The translations under genes were made by a program, and so were the position numbers. Under the pieces are notes generated by a model. The model was given only the letters and a program-made list of their open reading frames with translations. It searched no databases and was not told where the DNA came from. Of a stretch of 64,000 nt of DNA, positions 1 to 9,426 are shown piece by piece (the first letter of the stretch is position 1; the number at the start of each line of letters is the position of its first letter). Source of the DNA: a virus; IMG/VR virus record IMGVR_UViG_3300015263_000962, positions 1 through 64,000 of that record; one strand, given 5' to 3'.

Positions 1-533
1 TCATCCTTGTCAATCACCCCTTCTTGCTCGCCGATACGGCACAAAGCACGGATTTCCTGCTCGGAAGTGATGGTGGAAACCCGACCACGGGTGAAGATGG
101 CTGTGATCTGTGCAATCGACCATACAACCGGTGTGAGTGCCCATGAGATCCATGACAACGGCCTTGCAGTCGCATACATGATCGCTTGGCAAAAGCGTTC
201 CCCAACTGTCTTAGGAATGATCTCTGACAGAACAATGACGGCGGCTGTCAGGACAAATGGGAACCACGCCTGCGCACTATGGCTCAGCCTCGTGGCTGCT
301 AAAGAAGCCACGAGGTAAGTGCCCACAATGTTCGCCATGTTGTTGAAGATGACGATGACGGAGACAGGTCGTGCGGGATTTTCCCTTATTGTTTGAACAA
401 TCCGCCCGTTTTGGCTCTTCTCGCCCATCTGGCGAGCTTTGGTGATTGGTAAAGAAAACAGTGCCGCTTCCGTCATAGAGCAGATGGCACTACAAACGAG
501 CAAGAGGGCTATTGCCCCCAATAGTTCTAACAT
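1..533 (-). CDS. CNNM/DUF21 (CorC/HlyC-type) membrane protein, runs off the window start
   Basis: Manually translated, not in the ORF track: MLELLGAIALLLVCSAICSMTEAALFSL...IVIFNNMANIVG...VIVLSEIIPKTVGER. S-x-x-EAALFS, NN-x-x-NI and EIIPKT are DUF21 hallmarks. Confidence 0.85.
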   Translation of the reverse strand, partial: MLELLGAIALLLVCSAICSMTEAALFSLPITKARQMGEKSQNGRIVQTIRENPARPVSVIVIFNNMANIVGTYLVASLAATRLSHSAQAWFPFVLTAAVIVLSEIIPKTVGERFCQAIMYATARPLSWISWALTPVVWSIAQITAIFTRGRVSTITSEQEIRALCRIGEQEGVIDKD

Positions 534-610
534 AACCTTTCCTTGAATTTTGTTTCACAAAGTGTGTCCACGCCCTCAATCTTAAACCAAGAGGCGTTGT
601 GGTGTAAAGC

Positions 611-991
611 TCATTCTTCGCACTTGTCACCACAGCAGCAGCCACCTTCATCTTCGATGATGGCAATCACATTGTGAATTTCAAGAAGTGCCCGAACCCG
701 GCCCTTGGTTGCCCGAGGATCTTCGACAGGGGTTCCGTTGCCCGTCCAATAGATTCGCTGGCCGACTTCGAGGCCAGAGTGCGGGGACACATTCGGTCCC
801 AATTCCACAATGTAGGCTTGCGGAGCACCATCCAACTTGGAATCGTCTCTCACATAAAGATTCGTTCCCAGCATTTCGTCTGCTTTCAGACATTCAACCA
901 AGATCTTCGAAGCTGCCGGATGGACAGCGGTAATTTTTGGCACGACCTTCAGAGTTGACCCCTCTGGCGTGATGATGGTTGGCTTATTCAT
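611..991 (-). CDS. groES: GroES-like co-chaperonin
   Basis: HPAASKILVE...AYIVELGP...LEVGQRIYW...LLEIHNVIAII matches the Cpn10 pattern. Confidence 0.75.
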   Translation of the reverse strand: MNKPTIITPEGSTLKVVPKITAVHPAASKILVECLKADEMLGTNLYVRDDSKLDGAPQAYIVELGPNVSPHSGLEVGQRIYWTGNGTPVEDPRATKGRVRALLEIHNVIAIIEDEGGCCCGDKCEE

Positions 992-1086
992 GTGCGTTCC
1001 TTTCTGATTCTGGGCCTGACGCCATATATAATAACGTCGGCTACTCTAATATAGTGCTGCTCGAAGCGGATTCAGGAGAAAAAGAA

Positions 1087-1941
1087 ATGCCCTATTTTCA
1101 GAACCTTTTTACAGTGGATTTCGAAGGTAACTGGTTGCTTGCAGACAGGCACCACATTCCAAAGTTTGTATGCCCGCACAATGCAGGGCGTGGCGACGAA
1201 ATTGTAGTCGCATGGAACGAAGGGCCTTATGACTTGTCTGGAACAGATTCGGACGGCACAAACAGCACCGATACGCTGGAAATTGTGTTCGCCATGAACG
1301 ATTCTAAGAATTGGGCCACAGTTGCCGTGAACGTCGCCGCAGGTGCAGTTTCTTCTGCCGCTGTGACTTCTGAGGAAATTGTGACTGCCTTGAACAACGA
1401 TGCCACCTTTGCCAGTTGGTTCTTGGCGATTCTTGGCCCCAATGGAGAGGCCAATGACACACGACGTGTCACGATTCGACAGAAGAAGCCGATCACCAAC
1501 TTCCGCTTCTACATCAACAATGGCAGAGCAGAAGAAGTTCTGAGATTCAACGCACGGGCCGGTATTGCAGAATTGCCATCGTACTTTTCACGACACACAA
1601 TGGATAACCGCTTCCTTTTCGATGATAGCCAGAACATGTTGATCGAGTTGGATGCCACAGGTGGCGTTGATGGGGCAATCATCAATAATGCCGTCAACTT
1701 CAAGGGTGTGTCCCTTGATTACACCTCGGCTTCTGTAAGTGCCGATTGGGAATTGCTCCGAGGACGATCTGGTCTCTTCGACTTCACCAGCGATGACGGT
1801 TCGTCGAGCCCAAATACCAAGATCGTGTACCCGGCTGGAGCACAGGCTGGCGATCTCGCCAAGAAGATCATCACCAGTGGCGGGAACACCTACGTTATTC
1901 CGTACACACTGCAATCTGGCGACCTGATTACCCCTCCGTAA
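1087..1941 (+). CDS. putative virion structural protein
   Basis: ATG at 1087 after a GGAGA SD (MPYFQNLF); beta-rich Gly/Ala/Asp/Thr composition; TSEEIVTALN motif seen in tail/sheath-type domains. Confidence 0.5.
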   Translation: MPYFQNLFTVDFEGNWLLADRHHIPKFVCPHNAGRGDEIVVAWNEGPYDLSGTDSDGTNSTDTLEIVFAMNDSKNWATVAVNVAAGAVSSAAVTSEEIVTALNNDATFASWFLAILGPNGEANDTRRVTIRQKKPITNFRFYINNGRAEEVLRFNARAGIAELPSYFSRHTMDNRFLFDDSQNMLIELDATGGVDGAIINNAVNFKGVSLDYTSASVSADWELLRGRSGLFDFTSDDGSSSPNTKIVYPAGAQAGDLAKKIITSGGNTYVIPYTLQSGDLITPP

Positions 1942-1946
1942 TCCTG

Positions 1947-1975
1947 TTGCTTTTTGACGAACCTTGCGATACCAT
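1947..1975 (+). promoter_or_regulatory. sigma70-type promoter for the radical SAM gene
   Basis: TTGCTT-17 nt-TACCAT, followed by AAGGAGG and ATG at 2003. Confidence 0.55.
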
Positions 1976-2002
1976 TCGTGTCCTGTATCGCAAGGAGGCG
2001 TC

Positions 2003-3445
2003 ATGCAGATTTTCAACGTGCGGTTCGGGCTGGCGACCAATTCTTCTTCCAGCCATTCTCTGATTTTCCTCAATGAAGGAGTTCAACCGGAGGACTACCA
2101 TGCAGACGGTGAGTTCGGTTGGGGACACTTCACTGCGACCAGCGAAACTGCCAAGTTGCGATATTTGGCCGTCCTGCTTCGAGATCGCCTGAGTTGGGAG
2201 CTTCCCGACCATATTGCCCAGCTTGTCATTCGTGACTGGGTAGGCGACATTGAGCGAGATGCAGATGACTACATCGATCATCAGTCGCACTACTTCTTGC
2301 CGTCAGAATTCGGCACCAATCTGCCCGACAAGCAGTTCTTCGAGGCGATGAAGGAATACTTCCTTCAGCCCCGATTGGCGATTCTTGGTGGCAATGACAA
2401 CACCGAGTACAGCCATCCGTTGTTGAATGGTGACGGATTCAATCTGCCTGTGCCGCAGGACTGCGGCTATCGTAACAAGTTCACTTGCCGCTACGATGAG
2501 CAGTACAATTTTTGGACTATCTTCGAGGAGGAAACTGGAACAAAGGTCCGATTCCGCTTCTCACACGAACCAAAGGATATGGTTCCAGAGAAGGCCACAG
2601 CCCCAGAGTTGGTTGACATCAAGATCACCAATTTCTGCCCCTTCGCCTGCGACTTCTGTTACCAGTCGTCTACCCTAAAAGGCTTGCACGCCGACATGGG
2701 TTACGAGTTGTATGATGTCCTGAAGGAACTCAAGGTCTTCGAAGTGGCTTTGGGTGGCGGCGAGCCTACGTTGCACCCGAGCTTCGTGAATATCCTTTCG
2801 AGCTTCCGGGATCACGGCATTGTGCCCAACTTCACCACGAGAAACCTTGGTTGGCTCAGAAAGCCGAAGCTGGCTGCCGACATCATGGAGAAGTGCGGAG
2901 CATTTGCTTTCTCGGCGGGGAATGAGAAGGAGATTCAGGAACTTCGAACTTTAGTGGATCACAACGAGATCTCTCACAATCGAGTCAACATCCATTTTGT
3001 GATGGGGACGATTGACAGCAAATACACGTTCAACCGGTTGTTGAAGCAATGTCACGACTGCGGTTTTCGTGCAACACTGCTGGGATACAAGCCAGTTGGG
3101 TTCGGGGAGAACTTCAACCCCGCAAGTTACAACTGGTGGTTGAACGAGGTTAAGGAACTCAAAGAGGATCATCGCTGCCCCAACATTGCGGTGGACACCG
3201 TGCTGGCGGCTCAGTACGAGCAAGAGATTTTGGCGGCAGATGTTCCAAGCTACCTGTTCAGCACCAAAGATGGCAACTTCTCGTGCTACATTGACATGGT
3301 AGAGCAGAAGGTTGGGCCGTCTTCATACTGCGACCCATCAGAGATGATTCCGTTGGAGCAGGAGATTCCTGAAGATCAACGTGAGGGATGGCGTCGGTAT
3401 CGAGAGATGAGTGATGTCATCAAGGACGCTTTCGCATCTTTTTGA
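2003..3445 (+). CDS. radical SAM protein with N-terminal TNSSS-motif domain
   Basis: CPFACDFC (CxxxCxxC), ALGGGEPTLHP and PNFTT motifs; N-terminal RFGLATNSSSSHS. Confidence 0.9.
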   Translation: MQIFNVRFGLATNSSSSHSLIFLNEGVQPEDYHADGEFGWGHFTATSETAKLRYLAVLLRDRLSWELPDHIAQLVIRDWVGDIERDADDYIDHQSHYFLPSEFGTNLPDKQFFEAMKEYFLQPRLAILGGNDNTEYSHPLLNGDGFNLPVPQDCGYRNKFTCRYDEQYNFWTIFEEETGTKVRFRFSHEPKDMVPEKATAPELVDIKITNFCPFACDFCYQSSTLKGLHADMGYELYDVLKELKVFEVALGGGEPTLHPSFVNILSSFRDHGIVPNFTTRNLGWLRKPKLAADIMEKCGAFAFSAGNEKEIQELRTLVDHNEISHNRVNIHFVMGTIDSKYTFNRLLKQCHDCGFRATLLGYKPVGFGENFNPASYNWWLNEVKELKEDHRCPNIAVDTVLAAQYEQEILAADVPSYLFSTKDGNFSCYIDMVEQKVGPSSYCDPSEMIPLEQEIPEDQREGWRRYREMSDVIKDAFASF

Positions 3446-3614
3446 GGAAGCGTTTCTTTCCCAAGAACAATTTGTTCGCAAGCTCAGAGTCGGGTACTGG
3501 CCTCGAAAGCCACCCGGCTCTTTTTAATCCATTCTCATCAGGGTCGGTCTGGTTCCCAAGCTCCCCCGCCCCTGCGGCTGCGTCTTCATTTTGTAGCCAT
3601 TCTTTGAACCTCAT
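3420..3614 (-). CDS. small protein with capsid-targeting-like N-terminus (MRFKEWLQNE)
   Basis: N-terminus resembles the T4 internal-protein targeting sequence; ATAGATA lies 4 nt upstream of the ATG. Confidence 0.6.
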   Translation of the reverse strand: MRFKEWLQNEDAAAGAGELGNQTDPDENGLKRAGWLSRPVPDSELANKLFLGKKRFLKKMRKRP

Positions 3615-3673
3615 ACTCTATCTATGTGTGAGCACGCAAAAGGGTGAAAGTTATATGCGTGCGAGGTAACAGC

Positions 3674-4423
3674 ATGGGATATTACGAAGATCTCGGTATC
3701 CCCAGAACTGCAACAGACGAAGACATCAGAAAAGCCTACCGGAAACTCGCTCGGGAACATCATCCCGACATGAATCCCGGCAATGCCAAGGAAGCGGCAG
3801 AAAAGTTCAAGATCGTTGCAGCAGCCTATGAGGTTCTGGGCGATGCCGTCAAAAAATCTGAATACGACATGAAGGGCTATGTGGGCCGACGACGGCCTGC
3901 ATCTCCACAGCCCTCTCCTACACCGCCACCGAAGAAGAAGCCGAAAACCAAAGAAGACTTCGAGGAAGAGCGGAAGAAGGAAGATCGCAAACACGGACGA
4001 TATCCCAAGGAACCCCAAGATGTTCAATGTACGTTCTTTGGTGGGCCGGGTGCAGGTCGATCCATCCTTGTACATCTCAAATTGACGCCGCAGGAAATGA
4101 AGAACGGCTGCAAGAAAAGCGTCACGATCAAGAAGCGAGACTTCTGCAACACTTGCGGCGGTGATGCCAAGGGATATTTCGTCTGCACGAAGTGTCGGGG
4201 CAAGTTTCCCTACAAGGATGTCTGTGGTTACTGCAACGGCGAGGGCGAAAAATTCATGGCTTGCCCAGACTGCAATGGCACGGGATTCGGTTCATGGATG
4301 GTTGAAGAAGTTGAATTCCGGGTCTCTCCCGGTGCTCAACCCGGTCATCAAGTCAACATCATGGGCGTCGGTGAATGTGCTCCACGAAAACCTCCCGGCA
4401 ACCTGAGAGTGGTTTTGATTTGA
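3674..4423 (+). CDS. dnaJ: DnaJ-family chaperone (J domain plus zinc finger, short C-terminus)
   Basis: YYEDLG...[17 protein letters not shown]...AYEVLGD; four CxxCxG-type repeats; PGNLRV. Confidence 0.92.
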   Translation: MGYYEDLGIPRTATDEDIRKAYRKLAREHHPDMNPGNAKEAAEKFKIVAAAYEVLGDAVKKSEYDMKGYVGRRRPASPQPSPTPPPKKKPKTKEDFEEERKKEDRKHGRYPKEPQDVQCTFFGGPGAGRSILVHLKLTPQEMKNGCKKSVTIKKRDFCNTCGGDAKGYFVCTKCRGKFPYKDVCGYCNGEGEKFMACPDCNGTGFGSWMVEEVEFRVSPGAQPGHQVNIMGVGECAPRKPPGNLRVVLI

Positions 4424-4541
4424 GGGTGCTTTAAGTTTTCGAAAAAAACATTTTTGACGCAAGTTGTTTTGAGGCATGAGGTTGCGTTGAGGTATGCGAC
4501 TTCAAGGGGACAAATGACGTTCAGTTTCAGTGATCTCTGAC

Positions 4542-4570
4542 TTTACGTCCCAAAAATTGTGCCGTAAGAT
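4542..4570 (+). promoter_or_regulatory. sigma70-type promoter for the helicase-like operon
   Basis: TTTACG-17 nt-TAAGAT in the 200-nt intergenic region. Confidence 0.5.
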
Positions 4571-4621
4571 AACAAGCGAATCGATGACCTGCGTTGGTCG
4601 TCAGCTTACCTGAAAGGAGAT

Positions 4622-6835
4622 TTGGGGAGAGACCTTGTGGCCGTCAAAACAACGTCAACAGACAAGGAGTGTCGTCGTTATTTTCGACGCCTTCAAAAAG
4701 TGTTCGACAGGGAGTGTGAAAAGCGAGGGGTTGAGTTCAAGATTGACCTGTCCGCTTATCTGGAGATGAGTCGTTATCCAGAGCGACTCAAGACTTACCT
4801 CTTCGAAGGTGACGGCTGGATTTACGACGAAACAATCATCGCTTCCATCGAGATGTCCGAACGAGTCCTGCGTGGCAAAAATGTCGGCTTGATCGGCCTC
4901 GTTCAAACCGCAAAAACCGCCGTTCAGGTGGTTGGCGGAATTGTCTCTGCCCTCGCCTACTATCTCAGAGACGGGCGACCAACGTGGCCTCTTTATCTCA
5001 CTGTGGTCGGGCAAGCCTATGTTGGTCAGTTCTCGTCGAAACTCAGAGAGATGCTGGGGTGTTTCGACAAGGCCGTCATCTGTCATCGCAGTGGAAGCAA
5101 ATGCGAAATCGGTGAGTATTTGGAGTTCCTCGTCGATTTCCGAGAAGATGCCGTCAATGCTCACATCCGCAGCCTGCGAAAAGAAATCTCCAGTGCCTCT
5201 TTCCGAAAACTGAAAAGGGCATATCGTGAGGAGTTGTCTGCGGACAAGACTTGTCCAGTCCTGCCAATCAGCCGAAAGTATGTCGAGTTCTTTCGTGCCA
5301 TCTTCAATGGTGTCCGTGATATCGAAGGTCGGTTGTTGCTGATTCGAGATGAATGTCACGCCGCTTCATCCAAGAACTCCGTCAACGACAAAATCTTCGG
5401 CGACAAAATGGTCGTCAAGAAAAACAAAGATGACATGTCTGAGGCCGAGTTCTACGATCTGCTGAACGCAGATGACGAGCCGTTTCAGATTGTCATGACT
5501 TCTGCCACCAATTGGGCAGCACTCCACTTGGATATCGTGACCATTCCGGTTGGCCCCGATTATTGCGGACTTGATTTCGCAATGTTGGGGTTGGATGAAA
5601 ATGGGGATGACATCTGGACCACAATTGCCACAGGAGCCAACTCCAAAGGGACTCGACTGCCCAAAATCGACTCTTTTGAGTCCATCGGGAAGTTGGTCGG
5701 ATATCCGACATTTCGTTGGTTGCGACCAAGTTGGTATGACGATGCTGGATCTTTTGCAAAGGCACGGGATCGAATCTCTGACTTGTATGAAAACTTCGAC
5801 TCATGGGATGATTACCGGGAGGAAATGCAACAGGGTCTCGCTGCGGTGCTCAATTACTGCTACACCGAAAACCCGCAGAATGGGAATGGTGTGCTGGTTC
5901 GCTTCAAGAGCGACAACATCTGCACCGACGCCTTGATCAAGGATATTCGTCCTTATCTCCATGAGGATCTTCGAAGAAAAATCGTCAAGGGATACGACTG
6001 TGAATACGACACCGTGTCCGAGTTGCTTCAAGACAATCACATCGACCATGAAAAAGATTTTTACATTGTGTTCGTGACGGCCAAAGGTCGCATGTCGGAC
6101 ACCTATCCGGTCTCTTGCACTTATGGCCTCGACTGTTGTTTTTCGACCGACACGCTCACAGCTTTGCTGCAAGGCGTTTTGGGGAGAATGAGCGGATACC
6201 ACAAAAACCCGATGGTCATTCTGTCCGAAGCCAACGTGAAGATGGTCACAGATTTCATCGAAGGCCGTTACAAACCACACGGAAAGTTGTCGAAAGACGC
6301 AAAAAAGAATTCCCGTCGAGCCTATCGCTTTGATCGTCGCTCCACCAATCATATCAAATTCATGTCCGATCTGTTTAGCGATCTCCAGAACTGGGTTGAA
6401 ACACTTCAATCCAGAGATCAGCCAGTCAGAAAAGACGGCAAGATCGTCGGTCATGTGAAGACCATCGAGGCAGGCCCAGACTCCACTGGCTTCTGGGAAG
6501 CATTGATGCCGTACTTTGAGAGGATGAATAGTGACCTCCCCAAGATTGTCTCTGGGGCCACGTCCAAGGATCGCTTGTTGGGGCCGCAGGAGTGTGCGCC
6601 GAGAGGAATTCAATATCGCCTCAATGCAAATGGATGGCCCGTCGCCACGGTGAGAACGGAAGGCAAAGGTCTGAGTACCAAATTCGGTGGTCGTGGTGGC
6701 GAGAAAGAGTACATGGTTGTGCTCAGAATCACAGAGCGATACAGACAGCCCTTCATCCTTGGCTTCGACTTGCTCAAAGTCACTGATGGGGATGGAATCC
6801 AAACCAACGAAAGCGTATCGAGCAAAATCCGATGA
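4622..6835 (+). CDS. SF2 helicase-like / Z1-related ATPase (start may be GTG at 4637)
   Basis: GLIGLVQTAKT (variant of GxVQSGKT Walker A), IRDECH (DExH), TSAT (motif III), LLQGVLGRMSGY (motif VI-like). Confidence 0.7.
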   Translation: MGRDLVAVKTTSTDKECRRYFRRLQKVFDRECEKRGVEFKIDLSAYLEMSRYPERLKTYLFEGDGWIYDETIIASIEMSERVLRGKNVGLIGLVQTAKTAVQVVGGIVSALAYYLRDGRPTWPLYLTVVGQAYVGQFSSKLREMLGCFDKAVICHRSGSKCEIGEYLEFLVDFREDAVNAHIRSLRKEISSASFRKLKRAYREELSADKTCPVLPISRKYVEFFRAIFNGVRDIEGRLLLIRDECHAASSKNSVNDKIFGDKMVVKKNKDDMSEAEFYDLLNADDEPFQIVMTSATNWAALHLDIVTIPVGPDYCGLDFAMLGLDENGDDIWTTIATGANSKGTRLPKIDSFESIGKLVGYPTFRWLRPSWYDDAGSFAKARDRISDLYENFDSWDDYREEMQQGLAAVLNYCYTENPQNGNGVLVRFKSDNICTDALIKDIRPYLHEDLRRKIVKGYDCEYDTVSELLQDNHIDHEKDFYIVFVTAKGRMSDTYPVSCTYGLDCCFSTDTLTALLQGVLGRMSGYHKNPMVILSEANVKMVTDFIEGRYKPHGKLSKDAKKNSRRAYRFDRRSTNHIKFMSDLFSDLQNWVETLQSRDQPVRKDGKIVGHVKTIEAGPDSTGFWEALMPYFERMNSDLPKIVSGATSKDRLLGPQECAPRGIQYRLNANGWPVATVRTEGKGLSTKFGGRGGEKEYMVVLRITERYRQPFILGFDLLKVTDGDGIQTNESVSSKIR

Positions 6836-7806
6836 AGGTCAAAAAATACAATAACCGCACCAAGGACTACTATCGAAAACTCAGTGTTTCGATGGATGGT
6901 CAATATCGCCGGATCATCGATCTGTGTGGCAGCCAAGCGATCTCGATCAAGCGATTGATGGAGTGGGGTTTGATTGATGCACGATGCGACGTGACTGTGA
7001 TCGAGAAGGTCACGTCGCATCTGGAAAAAATCAAATCGCATCTCAAGGGTCTCGGCCTGAAAAAGCTCTCTTATCACAAGGGGATGGTAGAGACCTGTCC
7101 GACCGATGGCGAATATGATTGGGTCAACCTCGACACAACATCCAGCTATACCCCTCGACTCAGCAGTTGGCTGGAGAATCTGAATGTGTCTGAGGGTGGC
7201 GAAGTGAATGTTTGGTTGACCAACTATCGTTCCAATCAGCAGGTCATGGAGAGTCTCTCACGGACATTTTCCTCGAAACCGGGCCGACAGGTCATCCATC
7301 AACTGATGAGGGACTGCTGGGACGGGAGGCATGAATTGCTGGATCTGGTCCCATCCAATAAAAGACATGAGGCATCTGTGACTTTGGCTGCCATCGCAAC
7401 ATCGTTTCCGAGATTCAGGTTCGATGTTGCTCCGGTCCAAACTTACATCCAGCATGTCAACAGGATGTATTTGTTTCGGTTGACCAACTTTCGGGAGAGG
7501 CCATCCCCCTTCCCCAGATTAGGCGAAATTTGGATTGATGAGGAGTATGAGGGCGAGCATTATGCGGCAAACTCGGCCCCGTTGGTTGGAGAGGCCACGC
7601 CGATCCACGAACTGTTGATTTTTGTGGCGAACGCATCATCGCACCGCCACTATCTGATTCGCAGAATGAGGCAGCATATTTCCGAGAACACTCAAGCCGG
7701 AAAGAATGCGACCATGACCAAGGCTGGGTGGAAATCCCACATCAGCAAGATTGTTTCTGATGAGGCCACGAGGCTTCGCTGTCACGAGTTGATTGATCAA
7801 GCATGA
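6832..7806 (+). CDS. SAM-dependent methyltransferase-fold protein with C-terminal helical domain
   Basis: IIDLCG, VTVIEK and YDWVNLD spaced like Rossmann MTase strands 1, 2 and 4; ATGA overlap with the upstream gene. Confidence 0.5.
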   Translation: MKVKKYNNRTKDYYRKLSVSMDGQYRRIIDLCGSQAISIKRLMEWGLIDARCDVTVIEKVTSHLEKIKSHLKGLGLKKLSYHKGMVETCPTDGEYDWVNLDTTSSYTPRLSSWLENLNVSEGGEVNVWLTNYRSNQQVMESLSRTFSSKPGRQVIHQLMRDCWDGRHELLDLVPSNKRHEASVTLAAIATSFPRFRFDVAPVQTYIQHVNRMYLFRLTNFRERPSPFPRLGEIWIDEEYEGEHYAANSAPLVGEATPIHELLIFVANASSHRHYLIRRMRQHISENTQAGKNATMTKAGWKSHISKIVSDEATRLRCHELIDQA

Positions 7807-7817
7807 GGAGAACCGAA

Positions 7818-7991
7818 ATGAGCGTTTCTGTTTCTGAGGCCATTTTCAAGGCCAAGACGCCGGGACAAAAAGCGGCAGCAACCAAAAGGTTGAATGCCTA
7901 TGTCGCCGAACAAGTCGCCGAAGGAAAAGAAGAGAAGTGGGTGCGTGCAGGAGTCGCCGCAGCAGTCACTCGACTGAGAAAAGCGGGCTGA
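7818..7991 (+). CDS. 57-aa basic helical protein, paralog of the C-terminal domain of the upstream gene
   Basis: GAGGAG SD; KRLNAYVAEQVAEGK..RAG aligns with RRMRQHISENTQAGK..KAG. Confidence 0.75.
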   Translation: MSVSVSEAIFKAKTPGQKAAATKRLNAYVAEQVAEGKEEKWVRAGVAAAVTRLRKAG

Positions 7992-8013
7992 ATTCCCAAT
8001 CGGCCACATCTCT

Positions 8014-8045
8014 AAGAAAGCCTGAGCGAAAGCTCAGGCTTTCTT
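8014..8045. terminator. bidirectional intrinsic terminator
   Basis: Perfect 14-bp stem AAGAAAGCCTGAGC-GAAA-GCTCAGGCTTTCTT between convergent genes. Confidence 0.85.
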
Positions 8046-8840
8046 TATCCACAAGCATTCTTGCATTGTTTCTTTTGTTGGCTTTTGAGATGAGTGATTG
8101 GCGGTTTCTTTGATGATCGCAGTCCACCCCGAATACAGCTTTTCGTAAAGCTCAGAAGGGTATCCGCTCAGAACAACGCTTCCCTTGATCTCACGACAAA
8201 GTTCTGCCAGTTTGATGTGGTCTTCCTCGGATGACTCGTGCCAATACATGTTGGTTGAAAATCTGGTGGAGTGAAGATACGGTGGGTCTAAGTAGAACAG
8301 TGTGTCTTCACTGTCATATCTTTCTATCACATCGAGTGCGTTTTCGTTGAGAATCTCGACGCCTTGAAGCCTAGCCGACAGCCATTCCAAATTTTGTAAT
8401 GAGCTATTCCAGCAATGAACTTCTGCTGGGCCGGTACTGTATGTCCTGTTGGACCAACAAAAAGTTCCACATGTGCCGCTTCTCGACATCCGGCGAGTCA
8501 CATAGGCAGCAACCGCTTTGTCAAGATCGCTCAGTTTTTGGTACTTTTCTTCCGACAGGTACAATTCTCGATAGAACTTATATTCCTGTTCGCAGTATTG
8601 AATGCCTCTGAGTGCTTCGATGAGTCCGTCTGGGTTATCTCTAGCAACTCTCATCAAGTTGACAATGGTGTGCTCAATGTCGTTGTAAACTTCCTTGTCT
8701 GACCTATTTTTGTTGACAAGAACGGATGCGGCTCCTCCAAATGGTTCACAGTAAATCTTGTGATTTGGAAGATGTTCCAAAATCCATTTGAAGAGTCTCC
8801 CCTTTCCACCATGGTACTTAACGATTGGCCTGATGTTCAT
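8034..8840 (-). CDS. DNA adenine methyltransferase (Dam/D12 class)
   Basis: KYHGGK, YCEPFGGAASV, YND, FYLDPPY, VVLSGY and ECLW motifs. Confidence 0.95.
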   Translation of the reverse strand: MNIRPIVKYHGGKGRLFKWILEHLPNHKIYCEPFGGAASVLVNKNRSDKEVYNDIEHTIVNLMRVARDNPDGLIEALRGIQYCEQEYKFYRELYLSEEKYQKLSDLDKAVAAYVTRRMSRSGTCGTFCWSNRTYSTGPAEVHCWNSSLQNLEWLSARLQGVEILNENALDVIERYDSEDTLFYLDPPYLHSTRFSTNMYWHESSEEDHIKLAELCREIKGSVVLSGYPSELYEKLYSGWTAIIKETANHSSQKPTKETMQECLWIKKA

Positions 8841-8862
8841 GCAATAAAAGAGTTCCGGCCAT

Positions 8863-8900
8863 AAAAAAAACAATCCACTGCCGGGTGAAGCAGTGGATTG
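8863..8900 (-). terminator. intrinsic terminator
   Basis: CAATCCACTGC/GCAGTGGATTG stem followed by a T-run on the minus strand. Confidence 0.8.
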
Positions 8901-8970
8901 CTAGGTAACAGTGAGTCGGAAGTCCGAGGACATCCTCATCAACTAGGGTAGTTTAGTGTGTTGGCTGCAA

Positions 8971-9312
8971 TTAAGGTGCCAGTCCCTTCTTGATGATGCT
9001 GTAGGTCACGACATCAGATGCAGCACCCTTCAGCGTGACAGTTGTGCTCGTGGCGTCCATAGCCAGAGAAGCCGCAACGGCAGCGGGGGTTGTTGTGTCT
9101 GTGTGAGTCGCAGTGACGATATAATCGCCGACCACACCACCAAGATTTGGGAAGACGATACTTGCATCGCCCGAGCCGTCCAGAGTTGCGTCGTCAGCGA
9201 CAACAACACGAGGACCGATCAGGTGTCCAACGCCCAATGTCATGTGTACTGAGCCCTTATTTTTGCCGTCAGCGGCACCGAGGCCCACACCTGTAACTGA
9301 ACTTGCTCCCAT
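8971..9312 (-). CDS. small putative virion (decoration-type) protein
   Basis: AAGGAGAG SD; Gly/Ala/Thr/Val beta-rich; ATACCTA motif upstream; own terminator. Confidence 0.55.
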   Translation of the reverse strand: MGASSVTGVGLGAADGKNKGSVHMTLGVGHLIGPRVVVADDATLDGSGDASIVFPNLGGVVGDYIVTATHTDTTTPAAVAASLAMDATSTTVTLKGAASDVVTYSIIKKGLAP

Positions 9313-9426
9313 GTCTTCTCTCCTTGGTTTGAACTAGAAGGTTAATGTCAATGATAGGTATCCCGCCCAATCTGTTCTTTCTCAGAACTGGTGCCTGAAA
9401 AAGCGTAAATCAAACATACATAAGGT

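Noticed and set aside
4457-4487. Imperfect palindrome ACGCAA-N19-TTGCGT upstream of the helicase operon
   Set aside because: Could be an operator or recombination site, but the arms are only 6 bp and no second copy was found.
8901-8970. Possible ribozyme in a 3' UTR (TTGATGAG plus short hairpins)
   Set aside because: Lacks the CUGAUGA/GAAA hammerhead core and matches no other motif I can support.
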